A stretch of DNA of 64,000 bases. Origin: Eledone cirrhosa. Taxonomy: Eukaryota. The notes beneath the pieces are model-generated. The model was not told where the DNA came from. It saw nothing but the letters and a program-made list of their open reading frames with translations, and searched no databases. Within the stretch, counting starts at the first letter, position 1; every line of letters starts with the position of its first letter. This document shows, in pieces, positions 24,455 through 41,234 of the stretch. The position numbers were made by a program, and so were the translations under genes. The stretch lies in NCBI GenBank assembly GCA_964016885.1, contig OZ024741.1:199268001-199332000 (forward strand), given 5' to 3'.

Positions 24455-27400
24455 TGCACATATAACTTCAGAGTTGGTACCATAAATGTAGGCACCTTAA
24501 AGGGTCGCGCTAACGAGGTTGTAGAAATGCTTGAACGTAAGGAGGTCGATGTTTGTTGTATTCAAGAGACCAGGTGGAGGGGTGGGTCTGCTAGATTCAT
24601 TGAGGGTAAAAAACAATGTTATAAGCTTTTCTGGGTGGGAAACGACGATGGGCTGGGGGGAGTAGGAATCATGGTAGCAGAAAAGTGGGCAGATAAGATA
24701 ATAGACGTAAATAGAGTGAACGACAGAATAATTAAAATAAGACTTGTCCTCAATAGAACTACGGTGACAGTAATATCTGCGTACGCACCCCAATCCGGAC
24801 TGCCCGGCACTATAAAAGACAGATTCTATGAGACACTGATGCTCACTACCTCCCAAATAACCGACAGTGACTATATAATTATTGCAGGCGACCTAAATGG
24901 TCACGTTGGACAACATTGTGACGGTTACGACGAAATCCATGGAGGCTATGGGTTTGGTACTAGAAATGAGGAAGGCTCTAGAATCCTGGAATTCTGTGAC
25001 GCAAATAACCTAACTATCTGTAACACTAACTTCAAAAAACGTGACAATCACCTGATCACCTATAGATCCGGGGAACACACAAGCCAGGTAGATTATATCC
25101 TTACCAGAAGACGTGACAGAGTGTCTGTTGTAAACACTAAATCCCTCCCCCATGAAGAATGCACCTCCCAACATAGACTGATAATTAGCGACCTCATAGT
25201 CAGGACGAGACGTACTCGACAGCAGAAGAGGACTATCCTCAGGAGAAAAATATGGAAGCTAAAGGACCCCACAGCCAGAAATAAATTTCAAAGCATATTA
25301 CTTGATGCTTTCGACAGTAAGGAAGAGCATTTAGAGTCGGACAATATAGCGGGACAGTGGGAATTTCTGAAAGCAAACCTGCTGATGGCGACAGACGAAG
25401 TCTGTGGCTGGAGCAGGCCTGTTGGCAGGAGGAGAGTAACATGGTGGTGGAACAGTAAGGTGGAGGGGTCAATTAAGGCCAAAAAGCAGGCTTGGAAAGT
25501 ATGGCGGGATGGGGGAAGTAGAGAAGACTATCAAGTGGCCAGGAGGGAAGCTAGGAGACAAGTGTACTTCGCAAGAAGGGAAGCAGAGGAAAGAAAGTTC
25601 AAGCATGTTCTACAACGCGAGGACCAAAAACGTGAGGTGTTCAGGATTGCTAGGCAATGTGTCAAGGAAAACCGTGATATTGTCGGGGAGAAGTGTGTAC
25701 TTAATGATGACGGCGTACTTGCCATCACCGACGCTGATAAGAAGGTAGCTTGGAAGTGTCACTATGAAAGGCTACTAAATGAGGAGAATAAATGGGAGAA
25801 AGACAGTCTCCCCCACATCGACCCAATAGAGGGACCAGCAGTGTTAGTCGAGGGGGAGTATAATAAGTAAGGCAATCAAGGATATGAAGACGGGTAAGGC
25901 GGCTGGGCCTTCGGAAATAGTTGCTGAGATGCTGAAGGCATCTGGCACGGTGGGACACACCATGGTCACCCGGATAGTTAACCAAGTCGTACAGAATGGG
26001 GTTGTTCCGAAGGACTGGCATAGCAGCATCATCGTTAACTGTTATAAGGGTAAAGGAGATGCCCTAGATAGGAGTAACTATAGAGGCATTAAATTAATCG
26101 ACCAGGTCATGAAGGTCACGGAAAAAGTAATAGCGCAACTAATCAGAGAGAGAATTGACCTAGATGAAATGCAGTTCGGGTTTGTGTGAGGCAAAAGTAC
26201 CACAGACGCTCTTTTCATTGTATGTCAACTACAGGAGAAGTACCTAGCTAAAGGTAAACCCCTCTACTTAGCTTTTGTCGACTTGGAGAAAGCCTTCGAC
26301 AGAGTTCCCCGTTCCATTATCTGGTGTGCCCTTAGAAAACTAGGTGTCGACGAATGGCTTGTGAGAGCTATAGAAGCCATGTATAAAGAAACAGTCAGCA
26401 AGGTTAGAATTAACAACGAATATAGTGAAGAGTTTCGCGTAAAAGTTGGCGTCCATCAGGGCTCTGTTCTCAGCCCCCTACTATTTATTATTGCCCTTCA
26501 GGCTATAACAGAGGAGTTCAAGACCGGCTGCCCATGGGAACTCCTATACGCAGACAACCTGACACTCATAGCTGAAGCAATGGCCGAGCTAGAGAAGAAA
26601 TTCCAAACATCGAAGCACGGCCTAGAATCAAAAGGCCTTAAAATTAACCTGGCTAAGACTAAAGTTCTAGTTTGTAGGAAAGAAAATAAGGCGGCGGTCC
26701 CTTCCGGGAAATGGCCATGCTCAGTGTGTAGGAAAGACGTAGGTAGAAACTCCATTTTATGTCCCAAATGCAAAGTATGGGTGCATAAAAGATGTAGTGG
26801 GATCACAGGTAAGCTAACTAAGAACATAGATTTTACATGTGGGCGGTGCTCTGGTGCAATAAGTAGCAGCAAGTGCCCACAAAATACTAGCTCTTACAAC
26901 TGCGCAGAGGGCTCTATAGAAATAGTGGACAGCTTCCGTTACCTGGGTGACGAAATCAGCAGAGTGAAAGTACAGTAGCTAGAGTCAGAACTGGATGGAA
27001 AAAGTTCAGAGAGCTTATACCACTATTAGTCGCTAAAGGGTTCTCCCTAAAAATGAAAGGCAGGTTGTATGATGCCTGCATACGAACAGCAATGTTGCAT
27101 GGCAGTGAGACCTGGGCATTGTGTGCAGAGGATATACGCAGACTAGAGAGGAACGAAGCTTGCATGCTCCGCTGGATGTGTAATAGTAATATACGTGAAC
27201 GGCAAAGCATAAACGAACTAAGGAAAAAATTAGAAATAAGAGAGATCAGATATTGTTTACTCGAGAGAAGGCTACGTTGGTATGGACACATGATGCGCAT
27301 GAAAGTCGATAGCTGTATAACAAAGTGCAGGGCAATAAAGATAGACGGTAGCCACGGAATAGGCAGACCTAGAAAAACCTGGGACGAGCTGATAAACTCC

Positions 27401-27872
27401 GACCTCACACACTTACACCTCTCCAAGACAATATCACTGGACTGAGACCTTTGGCGGTATTCAGTAATAGAGAAGACCCGCCTTACCTAAATACATAGTA
27501 AAACCTACTACAGCCAGTAGGCATCTCTAACAAAATACACCCCCGTCCCACCACCCCCACCCCATCCACACCACCCCTTCTATGTAAAGTTATGTTGGTG
27601 CCACACCATCCAGGCCGAAACAAATGAGATCGTGTAGGTGTCACGACAAAAAACACACAGTCCACGCTGTAATGTGGCCGTGTAGGCAACACGGTAAAAA
27701 CCTCCCAGACCCACACTGTAAATGTGGTTGGTGTTAGGAAGGGCATCCAACTGTAGAAAACCTGCCAGACAGTCCTATGCGAGCAAGACAATCACTCTTG
27801 CCTCAAGTGGGACTACCCCCGTCCAAACCCATGCAAGCGTGGAACACGGACGTTAAACGTTGATGATGATGA
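24455..27872 (+). mobile_element. Near full-length RTE LINE family B (APE plus RT), few disablements
   Basis: 447-aa ORF with CIQET, AYAPQ, GDLNGHVG and VDYIL; RT motifs downstream broken by frameshifts and stops; 3'UTR and (GAT)n tail. Confidence 0.95.
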
Positions 27873-27905
27873 TATATATACACACATATATATATTTACA
27901 TATAT

Positions 27906-27963
<58 letters not shown>

Positions 27964-27966
27964 ATA

Positions 27967-28694
27967 CAGGGTGCAGGCAATATTTGTTCGCAAGATTACT
28001 GTCTAGGAAAAAGTAACACAGTAGTTTGTCTTCATGACTTGCTCTTTCGATCTCACTCGATAAACCCGCCATTGGCTTTGATGACAGCCTCAAGGCGGCC
28101 TTGGATCTGGCTACAGGCCTTCGTCACTGTCCCCCGACTTAGCCCCCTAAAGGCACTTGTGATCCTGGCCTTCGGATGTCAGGTGAAGTGTAGTCGACGA
28201 AGTTCTCTGACAGCCAGGCTTGGGTCTTTCGGCTGGTATGGCAGGGCGGTGAGTCTTGCTGCCACACGTACGGCCTACCTGCAGCTACCTGGTCGATCCA
28301 GGGCTTTACTACCTCGCTCAGAACGCGGATGTAGCCATCGGTGTTCAGTTTGAGGCCCTCAGGGCAGAAGTGAGGTGGCATCACGTCACCTTGACTGCTG
28401 ACGACACCTAAGACCAATGTTGTCGCTCGAAACTTTGTCTGCATGACTCTGGGCACGGTTTTGGATGAGCCACCTGTTGTTCTGGGAGTTGATCTTCTGG
28501 TCTTATTTGTTCTCCCGGCACAGATTCTCTACCACAAATTTGGGGGTTCAAAATTATTCATAATCAATTATTCTGAAAATAAATAATGGAAATATAGTCA
28601 CTGTTTTTATGAAGAGAAGAGTGACAACGGAAGTAAAAAAAATTTGCATAAAATTAGCAGTTGAAAATTGTGAACAAATATCGTCCGCACCCTG
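27967..28694 (-). mobile_element. Internally deleted DD37D mariner (derivative of 35306-36591)
   Basis: TA-CAGGGTGC...GCACCCTG-TA TIRs; partial transposase VWQQDSPPCH. Confidence 0.9.
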
Positions 28695-28791
28695 TATATA
28701 TATATATCCATACATATATATATATATATAAACATATATATATATATATATATATCCATACATATATATATATATATATACATATATATCC

Positions 28792-28823
<32 letters not shown>

Positions 28824-28885
28824 ATATATATATATATCCATACTTATATATCCATACTTATATATCCATACATATATATATATAT

Positions 28886-29007
28886 ATAGGAACGAGTAGG
28901 ACCCCGACGGCTGAGCTCAAGCCGTTTCGACGGCTAATTCTGGATGCGTCCAGAATTAGCTGTCGAAACGGCTTGAGCTCAGCCGTCGGGGTCCTACTCG
29001 TTCCTAT
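28886..29007. repeat. 122-bp GC-rich palindrome containing the 3' half of a hammerhead ribozyme
   Basis: 61-bp arms; the only mismatches are two G.T pairs near the centre; right arm reads GAAA-CGGCT-tgagctc-AGCCG-TC^GGGG. Confidence 0.9.
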
Positions 29008-29083
29008 TACCCACTCTACTACCCTAAGTATTGAGTACTTTGGTGCGTTATGGTCCATTTGGTTCCTTACCACATTTCCTTCG

Positions 29084-29190
<107 letters not shown>

Positions 29191-29344
29191 TATATTTATT
29201 AAAATAACAGATTAAAGTTTAAGCAAGAATCGCTGCTTTCACCCTTAACGGGATCTTCTGAAACTAACAAAGTCAATCTGTAAACGCAGAAGTGAATATT
29301 TCAAAAAATGTTGCAACCGGAGGAAGACAGGAAGACGATACTTT

Positions 29345-29621
29345 GGTTCGTGGAAACGTTCCCTGGCAAAGAACGGGAAAAAACGAATATAGTACGTCAT
29401 TATTTGGAGCGGTGAAAAACAATTACATGCAAAGACAGAACCACGTTTATGGTATAAAAGAAGTCGTAGACTAATATTCTATTAGGTGGTTTGTAGAGAC
29501 GTTCTCTGGCAATGAACGGAAAAAACGAAGATAATACGTCATATGTGGAGCGTGGAGAACAATTGCACGCAAAGACAAAACCACGTAAATGGTATAGCTG
29601 AAGTCGTAGACTAAAATTCTA
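29345..29621. repeat. Diverged tandem duplication of ~140 bp
   Basis: Both units contain acgttc.ctggcaa...accacgt..atggtata...gaagtcgtagactaa. Confidence 0.75.
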
Positions 29622-30333
29622 ACTAGGAAACCGAATGATTCTCCACTTCAGAGTTGAGAATAAAGTAAATAAAATACAGAGGTAATTTCAATTAAATAAA
29701 TACATACACGCATCCAAATATGTACATACACAAGCATACGCGAAAACACTCACCATAGGTATACAAATACACGCACATATAAATATGTGTGTGTGTGTGT
29801 GCGTGTATACAAATAATTAAATAAACGTATATAAATAAATAAATATGTATATAGCAAGCGCACACACATACCTACATGTAAATACACAAATGTTCGGAGA
29901 CGTACGTCAACCAAAACACTAAGGGCCAAACACACTGAGATGATGGTTAAACAGATCATCTGCATAGCCAAAACAAATGACCAAGTAATTTGGGTCAAAC
30001 AATAAAAATATATGTGTTGATAATTTACCCGGACCCTGGACTGTTGGTAAAACCCAGTATTTGGTTTCTGCGACATCAAAATCAGGTACTGTCCGCTTAC
30101 ATAAAGAATGTTGGGCTTCTGGTAAGATGATTGAACAAGGAAGCCGTGTTATCAATGGGTTTTTGCTCCAAATGCTATACATAAGTGTGGCTATTACTGA
30201 CCCCACATGGAGTTCAGCAAGGGAGGCAACACTTATATTAGGCGAATGATTCAGTTGTGTATAATATTGCGAGAATGCAAAATATCACAAATCGAATAAA
30301 GCACTCGACAGAATGGTTAAATATAACAGAGCT

Positions 30334-30380
<47 letters not shown>

Positions 30381-30382
<2 letters not shown>

Positions 30383-31122
30383 CATCATCATCATCATCGT
30401 TTAACGTCCGTGTTCCACGCTTGCATGGGTTTGGACGGGGGTTTTCCCACTTGAGGCAAGAGTGATTGTCTTGCTCGCATAGGACTGTCTGGCGGGTTTT
30501 CTACAGCTGGATGCCCTTCCTAACACCAACCACATTTACAGTGTGGGGCTGGGAGGTTTTTACCGTGTTGCCTACATGGCCACATTACAGCGTGGACTGT
30601 CTGGTGGGTTTTCTACAGCTGGATGCCCTTCCTAACACCAACCACATTTACAGTGTGGGGCTGGGAGGTTTTTACCGTGTTGCCTACACGGCCACATTAC
30701 AGCGTGGACTGTGTGTTTTTTTGTCGTGACACCTACACGATCTCATTTGTTTCGGCCTGGATGTTGTGGCACCAACATAACTTTACGTTGAAAGGGGCGG
30801 TGTGGATGGGGTGGGGTGGTGGGACGGGGGTGTATTTTGTTAGAGACGCCTACTGACTGTAGTAGGTTTTACTTTGTATTTAGGTAAGGCGGGTCTTCTC
30901 TATTACTGAGTACCGCCAAAGGTCTCGGTCCAGTGACATTGTCTTGGAGAGGTGTAAGTGTGTGAGGTCGGAATTTATCAGCTCGTCCCAGGTTTTTCTA
31001 GGTCTGCCTACTCCGTAGCTACCGTCTATCTTTATTGCCCTGCACTTTGTTATACAGCTGTCGTCTTTCATGCGCATCACGTGACCATACCAACGTAGCC
31101 TTCTCTTGAGTAAACAACATCT
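30381..31122 (-). mobile_element. 3' fragment of RTE family B with an internal tandem duplication in the 3'UTR
   Basis: Reverse complement of about 27250-27872. Confidence 0.9.
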
Positions 31123-31141
31123 GCATATATATACATATATA

Positions 31142-32342
31142 CAGTGGCGTAGCTAGGATGTGGCAAGCAGGGCACATGCCACGGGCGCCATATTTAGGGG
31201 GGGGGGCGCAATTTAGACCTAGATCGATTTACATCCATGTCGTTTTTATCATTTTTAAAAATATAAGCCAAAAATGAAGCATGTGATTTGTTGATAACCG
31301 ACTTCCACGCCATGTCTAGTGCACTAGACAGAGCAGATGTCTGATTTGACTTCACCCCGGATAGCTTCTATTAGGAATTCAATTTGACTCCAGTTTAGAT
31401 GGTTCAATGTTTTCTTCTATAATACAGTTCGTCAGAATTTACTAAATCGTATCCAAAAAGCAAGATACTATGGTCTGCTGATTGATTCGACCCCTGATCA
31501 GGCGCACAGAGAACAATTGTCAAAAGTTGTGCGATATGTCGGTGTTGATTTCAATATGAAGACTGTCGTGAGGGAATCTTTTCTTGGATTCATTCAAGTA
31601 ATCAAAAAAGATGCCGCAAGCCTTGTTGAAACAATCGAGAAAGAGCTAGAAAAAGATGACCTACCACTGCAGAACTGTCGATCACAGTGCTACGACAATG
31701 CTGCCATAATGCTGGGCACCGCAGTGGGGTTCAGTAGAGAATGAGAGAGAAGAATAATTTGATTCACTTCGTTAACTGCGATTACCATTCACTTAATCTG
31801 GCTGGTCTTCATGCAGCCAAAAACGATTCTGCTATGATGAACTTTTTCAGTTGCATTGACTCGTTATACAACTTTTTTTCTCGTTCAACACGACAATGGG
31901 AAGCCCTTAAAGAAGTTGCTCCAGTGGTTGTTAAATATCCTTCCGACACGCAGTGGAGTGGTAGATGTACCGCAGTCAGACCGGTGGCGGATTATTTGAC
32001 GCTGATTGTTCAAGTTCTCTAAAAAATTAGTGATGATGAAACAGAGACATGCGAGAGTAGAAGTGATGCCATTAATCTCCATAATCAGATACTGAGTTAT
32101 GAATTCCTGAACTTGATTGGATTCTGGAACACGATTCTCTCACGAATTGACCGGGTTCAAAACAGACTTCAAGATCCAAGGATGAATTTTCATGATGCTG
32201 CAGCTGATATAGGAGCCCTTCAACTTTATTTTAAAGAAGGAACATCCTTAATCCACGAGTCTCTTGAAATGGGCTTGAAATGAGGGGGGGGGGGCAATTT
32301 TGATGCTTGCCCTGGGCGCCGTTTACCCTAGCTATGCCACTG
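31142..32342 (+). mobile_element. Deleted hAT transposon (ZMYM1/DUF4371-like transposase fragments)
   Basis: TIRs CAGTGGCGTAGCTAGG/CCTAGCTATGCCACTG; 8-bp TSD catatata; peptides DSTPD..HREQLS..VRYV, QCYDNAA and NCDYHSLNL. Confidence 0.9.
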
Positions 32343-32355
32343 CATATATATAAGA

Positions 32356-32530
32356 ATAGGGCTGATTTCACCCTTAACGGGATCTTCAGAAGGGTGAAAG
32401 CAGCGATTCTTTGCTTAAACTTTAATCTGTTATTTTAATAAATATTTGCTCTAGGGTTCTTATATATTTGATATATATTTATCCTTATCGAACTCTCTTT
32501 GGATTTTAGTGTTCACATTTATTATTACTA
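32356..32530. mobile_element. Short Penelope-type terminal fragment with a hammerhead-like core; related pieces at 18241-18320, 24011-24108 and 29193-29262
   Basis: Shared ttaaactttaatctgttattttaataaata and ggattttagt.ttca.attta; core CTGAAGA-TCCC-GTTAA-GGGT-GAAA is locally inverted. Confidence 0.55.
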
Positions 32531-32564
32531 CTATATATATATACATATACATACATATATATAT

Positions 32565-35231
<2,667 letters not shown>

Positions 35232-35305
35232 TATATATACATATATATATACACATATATATATATACATATATATATGCATGCATATATATATACATAT
35301 ATATA

Positions 35306-36591
35306 CAGGGTGCGGACGATATTTGTTTGCAAGATTACTTTCTAGGAAATAATAACACAGTGGGATTTATTTTTTAAGATACATTTATCAAACTTGGGTC
35401 AGTTTGTCATCGTGACTTGTTCTTTCGATCTCACTCGATAAACCCGCCATTGGCTTTGATGACGGCCTCAAGGCGGCCTTGGAACCGGCTACAGGCCTTC
35501 GTCACTGTCCCCCGACTTAGGCCCCTAAAGGCACTTGTGATCTTGCCCTTCAGATTGTCTTTCGTATTGCAGCTAGATCTGTTGGTGTCTCATTCCACTG
35601 CGCCCCACACAAAGAAGTCGAGGGGGTTGCAGTCAGGCGAGCTGGGAAGCCAGATGTCAGGTGAAGTGTGGTCGATAAAGTTCTCTGACAGCCAGGCTTG
35701 GGTCTTTCGGCTGGTATGGCAGGGCGGTGAGTCTTGCTGCCACACGTACGGCCTACCTGCAGCTACCTGGTTGATCCAGGGCTTTACTACCTCGCTCAGA
35801 ACGTGGATGTAGCCATCGGTGTTCAGCTTGAGGCCCTCAGGGAAGAAGTGAGGTGGCATGACCTCACCTTGACTGCTGACGACACCTAAGACCAATGTTG
35901 TCACTGGAAACTTTGTCGGCATGACTCTATCACGTCTTTGGATGAGACAGCAAGCCACCTGTTGTTCTGGGAGTTAATCTTCTGGTCTTGGCAGAAGTTT
36001 TTCTCGTCGGAGAAAAACCACAGCATGGCTGGCTCCAGTGCTTCTTTGCATGCTTCAGCCGCTTCTCTTGCATCGCCTTTAACAGAAATTGTCCTTTGCT
36101 CTTCTTGTATGAAACGTAGCAAATGTCTTCATGTACCACCAGCCTAATGAGCTTTTCATCCACGCCTTTCTCCCTTGCAATGGCATGTATCGACTTGCTA
36201 GGTTCATTGTTGATGATATCCTGAACTTCAGCGACGAACTCGGGCGTTCTGTAGGCGTCAGATCGTCGATCATGTGTTTTCCTCTCTGATGTTGCTTCGT
36301 AGTTGAATCCTGAATCTTCCAATTCCTTTCTGACCTTTCCCACCATTCTCCTGCTGACGCTGAGAAAGTCTGAAATTTCCTTATTTGTCCTCCCGGCGCG
36401 GATTCCAAGAAGAACTCCGTATCTCTTCCAAAAATTTGGAGGTTCAAAATTATTCATAATCAATTATTCTGAAAATAAATAATAGAAATATAGTCAGTGT
36501 TTTTATGAAGACAAGAGTGACAACGGAAGTAAAAAAAAAATTGCATAAAATTAGCAGTTGAAAATTGCGAACAAATATTGTTCGCACCCTG
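35306..36591 (-). mobile_element. Full-length Tc1/mariner of the DD37D (maT/mori) family, frameshifted transposase
   Basis: TA-flanked TIRs CAGGGTGCG...CGCACCCTG; FSDEK, QQD and NPLD, with 37 residues counted between the last two Asp. Confidence 0.93.
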
Positions 36592-36917
36592 TATATCATC
36601 ATTTCATTTTACGTCTGCTTTTTCCCTGCTTGGAGTGGGACGGGAACTGATTCTGGCTTGATTTCTCCAGCTGGATGCCCTTCCTAACACCAACCTCATT
36701 TACAGTGAGTGCTGGGTGGTTGTTTGCCGTGGCACCTCCACGACCACTTTGGAGTGGAATGATAGGGACCCCAGTCCCTATCATCTCATTTCTACAGCTG
36801 AGTAAACTGGAGCAATGGGAAATAAAGTGTCTTGCTCAAGGAAACAACACATCACCCGGTCTGAGAATTGAACTCACAACCTTTCAATTGCAAGGCCAAT
36901 GCTCTAACTACTAAACC

Positions 36918-36953
<36 letters not shown>

Positions 36954-36969
36954 GTATATATATATATGT

Positions 36970-37001
<32 letters not shown>

Positions 37002-37324
37002 TTTACGTCCGCTTTTTCCCTGCTTGCAAGGGTGGGACGGGAACTGATTCTGGCTTGATTTCTACATCTGGATGCCCTTCCTAACACCAACCTCATTTAC
37101 AGTGAGTGCTGGGTGCTTTTTTTCCGTGGCACCTCCACGACCACTTTACAGTGGAATGATATGGACCCCAGTCCCTATCATCTCATTTCTACAGCTGAGT
37201 AAACTGGAGCAATGTGAAATAAAGTGTCTTGCTCAAGGAAACAACACATCACCCGGTCTGAGAATTGAACTCACAACCTTTCGATTGCAAGGCCAATGCT
37301 CTAACCACTAAGCCATGTGCCTCC

Positions 37325-38235
<911 letters not shown>

Positions 38236-38719
38236 TAAAAGGAAAATAAAATGCTGACAAATTGTTCCCAGTGAAAAATAGTTTAATTAGGAATAAGTAA
38301 AAATTAGTAATAATATTGGTTAGTATTCAGTTTTGGTTTTAAGTTTTACTGGTTGCGCATTTCTAATGCTTCTCAAAAATAATTTTGAGATAGAGCGCCC
38401 GTGATGTTTGCTCTAATCTAGTTAGTTTTGGAAATTCTACCTGTTTTATGTAAAAAAAGTGGCTACAGATGTATGACAAAATTCTTGTGGTCAAAACAAT
38501 TTTGATTGGTCGGTAGAGGTCATGTGAATGTTAAAAATTGATTTTGCGCCAAATGTAGGTTTGTCTCGGCTGATTGAGAAGTCACTGAAAAATAAGTCTT
38601 TCAAGACAAATATCTGTGTGTGTGTGTAGTAGTAGTAAAGAGGTTCGTTGTTGTGATAATGGTCAGCAGGGATGTGTGTGCGAACCGCAGACTCTTGACA
38701 GTTCAAATGCCTATTAAGA

Positions 38720-38754
<35 letters not shown>

Positions 38755-38800
38755 CAGAGTAATTTGTGGTAGAGGGATGGTCAGTAGGAATGTGTCTCGA

Positions 38801-38858
38801 ATACCTGATGATATCACCGGATTCATGCGGAACCTGGTCATTCAAATGATCATAGTAT
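38801..38858 (+). ncRNA. Mutated hammerhead (GAAA changed to CAAA)
   Basis: ATAC-CTGATGA...ACCGG/CTGGT...CAAA-TGATCA-TA-GTAT; stems I and III intact, catalytic G12 missing. Confidence 0.5.
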
Positions 38859-39052
38859 AATAAACCTTTCAAGGATTTACACAAGTCCAGCCTCCTGTTA
38901 TTTTATTATAATAATTAACTCCGCACTCGCACCACCAACTACACAAACGAAGACGGGTGAGCTGCATTACGTTGAGTACTCTCCATAATATTACATCGAG
39001 ATTGACCATACGGAATGACCAATTCTATCCAGTGGTGAACCAACAAACCTAA

Positions 39053-39084
<32 letters not shown>

Positions 39085-40102
39085 CTATCTATCTATCTAG
39101 GGCGGATAAAATTCCCGAGATCCATGGACAAACTCTCTCTAGCGGTCTCTATCCGCCATTATCACTGCCATGTCCTGCGTCTCCAACAGACCAGTGTCTG
39201 TCCTTAGGGCATCAACATATGTCAACCTCGGTCTTCCTCTTCCAGTGTGTCCATACAGGAGCTCCCACAGGAGCACTGAGTGTAGTGTCAACTCTGAATG
39301 TCAGTGAGCATGTCCAGCTAACCTCAGTCTCCTCTGTGCTACTTTCGAGCTGACTTTTGGGTGCCTCTGAGTTCTTCATCCTCAGTGTATACTGATTAAT
39401 GTTCAGAGCCATTCTTGTGTAGCACCCATCCACCATCTGAGTGAGTTTCTTGGTCAGTGTCCAAGTCCCAGACCCATACAGCAGCACAGACTCCACTACA
39501 GGAACGAAGAGACGGATCTTCAAGTCTTTACGAAGGTCTGACTTCCACACTGATCTCAAACTGTGACACGCCACCCAGGCTTTGCTCTTCCTCTCGACCA
39601 CATCATCTTCTGTATTCACAATCTTTGTTCCCAGATATCGGAAGTCCTCAATCAATTCTAGCGGCTTCCCACATTAGTAATCTTCTCTGGCTTCTTAATA
39701 TTCTCTACTAGATACTTCGTCTTAATCTCAGCCTTATGGAATCCCCAAGAAGATAGTGGACCTCATATCACTGCTCTACACCAACACCAAAGCCCAAGTC
39801 ATTACACCTGATGGGATGACAGAGTTCTTTGAGATAATGGCTGGTGTGCTCCAGGGAGATACATTGGCTCCCTACCTTTTTATCATCGCAGTGGACTATT
39901 GTATGCGCCTTGCGCTGGAGAAACACCAGGAGTCTGGCTTTACTGTAACACTGGCTCAGAGCAGCAGAATTAAGGCGAAAAAGATATCGGTTGCTGAATT
40001 TGCTGACGACATATTTCTGGTGACAAACACAGTGAAGGAGGCAGAGGAGTTGATGCGGGAGGTGGAGACTGTGTTGATGAGTGTGGGGCTGAGAATGAAT
40101 GA
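39085..40102. mobile_element. RTE-like LINE with 5' inversion (3' part on - strand 39085-39730; inverted RT part on + strand 39727-40102)
   Basis: + strand GVLQGDTLAP...FADD...GLRMN; - strand continues (E)IKTKYL...DFRYLG; (AGAT)n tail; another 3' end at 18369-18455. Confidence 0.85.
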
Positions 40103-40122
40103 TATATATATATATATATATA

Positions 40123-40167
<45 letters not shown>

Positions 40168-40313
40168 TCATCATCATCATTTTACGTCTGCTTTTCCCTG
40201 CTTGCAAGGGTGGGACGGGTCTTATTCAGCACAGCACCTCTCCACTCGTCACGGTCCCTCGTCATCTCCGCCGTGAGCTTCAATGATCTGAGGTCTGTTC
40301 TCACCACCTCCGC

Positions 40314-40348
<35 letters not shown>

Positions 40349-41127
40349 GGTTCAGTATATTGCTTACTTAACAATCTGATGAGTGGATCTGATTGTAGTT
40401 TAGTCTATAGCATTTATTTGAAAACTTAGCCACCCATCTGTGAAACGGTTGTAACTGCATTATCAATAAATACCTTAATGCGAAACCTCGTTATGTTCTT
40501 AATATGCAGGACAAAACAGGGTGTGATTTGAAGGAAATTTGGGTGCAATTTCTATCAGGTCTAGGAACCACATCATAGTATCATTAATTGAATGAATTAG
40601 GACAAAATCTTTCAACCAGAAATGTCAAATAACAATAAATTCATTCAAGTGGAAAAGGACGGTGAAAGGGAGATAATTGGAAAGCAAAATGTTCAGCATA
40701 TTTATTTTTTTGTTTTTGTCTTCTTTTTATTTCAGTTGTAGAAAACTAATCCCAAAATTGAACAGACATGGTCACTTGACCTGTCTAGCCTCATAATGTG
40801 CCAGCCCATCTTATTTAGTCAAGTATTGAAAATAGACAGATGATGATGATGGTGGTGGCAGAGGAGACGTCATTGTTGTATGCATATTTAGCATATTGCT
40901 TTGCTTATCTCAGTTTGTTAGTGCACCAATAGCTATGACACCCACTTAGCAATTTAGCATTTAATAGTACTAATAAGAAATATTCAAACACCTTTTACTA
41001 ACAATAAACATATATAAGACTTCACAAAAACTGTCAGTAGAAGAATATAATTAGAAAGTATTTTATCAAGTTTGTAAATTTGATTTAGTTAGATATTTCA
41101 CCAAGCATTCTTGAAATCTCTTCACAG

Positions 41128-41234
41128 ATTATATGCGCCAGCGATATGCAGTTATTGTGCTTCAGACAAACTACCGATGCATTCGAGATCGCGTCAGGTT
41201 TGTTAAAAAGAAGAAAGCTGTCACTTTACTCCAG
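41128..41234 (+). CDS. Next myosin exon, IQ motifs 2-3 ((D)YMRQRYAVIVLQTNYRCIRDRVRFVKKKKAVTLLQ)
   Basis: ttcacag acceptor ending at 41127; CAG|gtaaga donor at 41235; G+AT reconstitutes an Asp codon in frame with exon 2288-2399; LQxxYR and LQ at 23-aa IQ spacing. Confidence 0.85.

Noticed and set aside
29919-30249. Overlapping short ORFs in non-microsatellite sequence
   Set aside because: No recognisable motif or splice structure; probably the interior of an unclassified repeat.
40372-40457. Plus-strand hammerhead-like motif CTGATGA...GAAACGGTTGTA
   Set aside because: Stems I and II are largely wobble or mismatched; treated only as a decayed remnant.
40700-40750. Strong polypyrimidine acceptor (tttcag) upstream of the myosin exon
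   Set aside because: Followed quickly by stop codons, with no IQ-like coding sequence or convincing donor.
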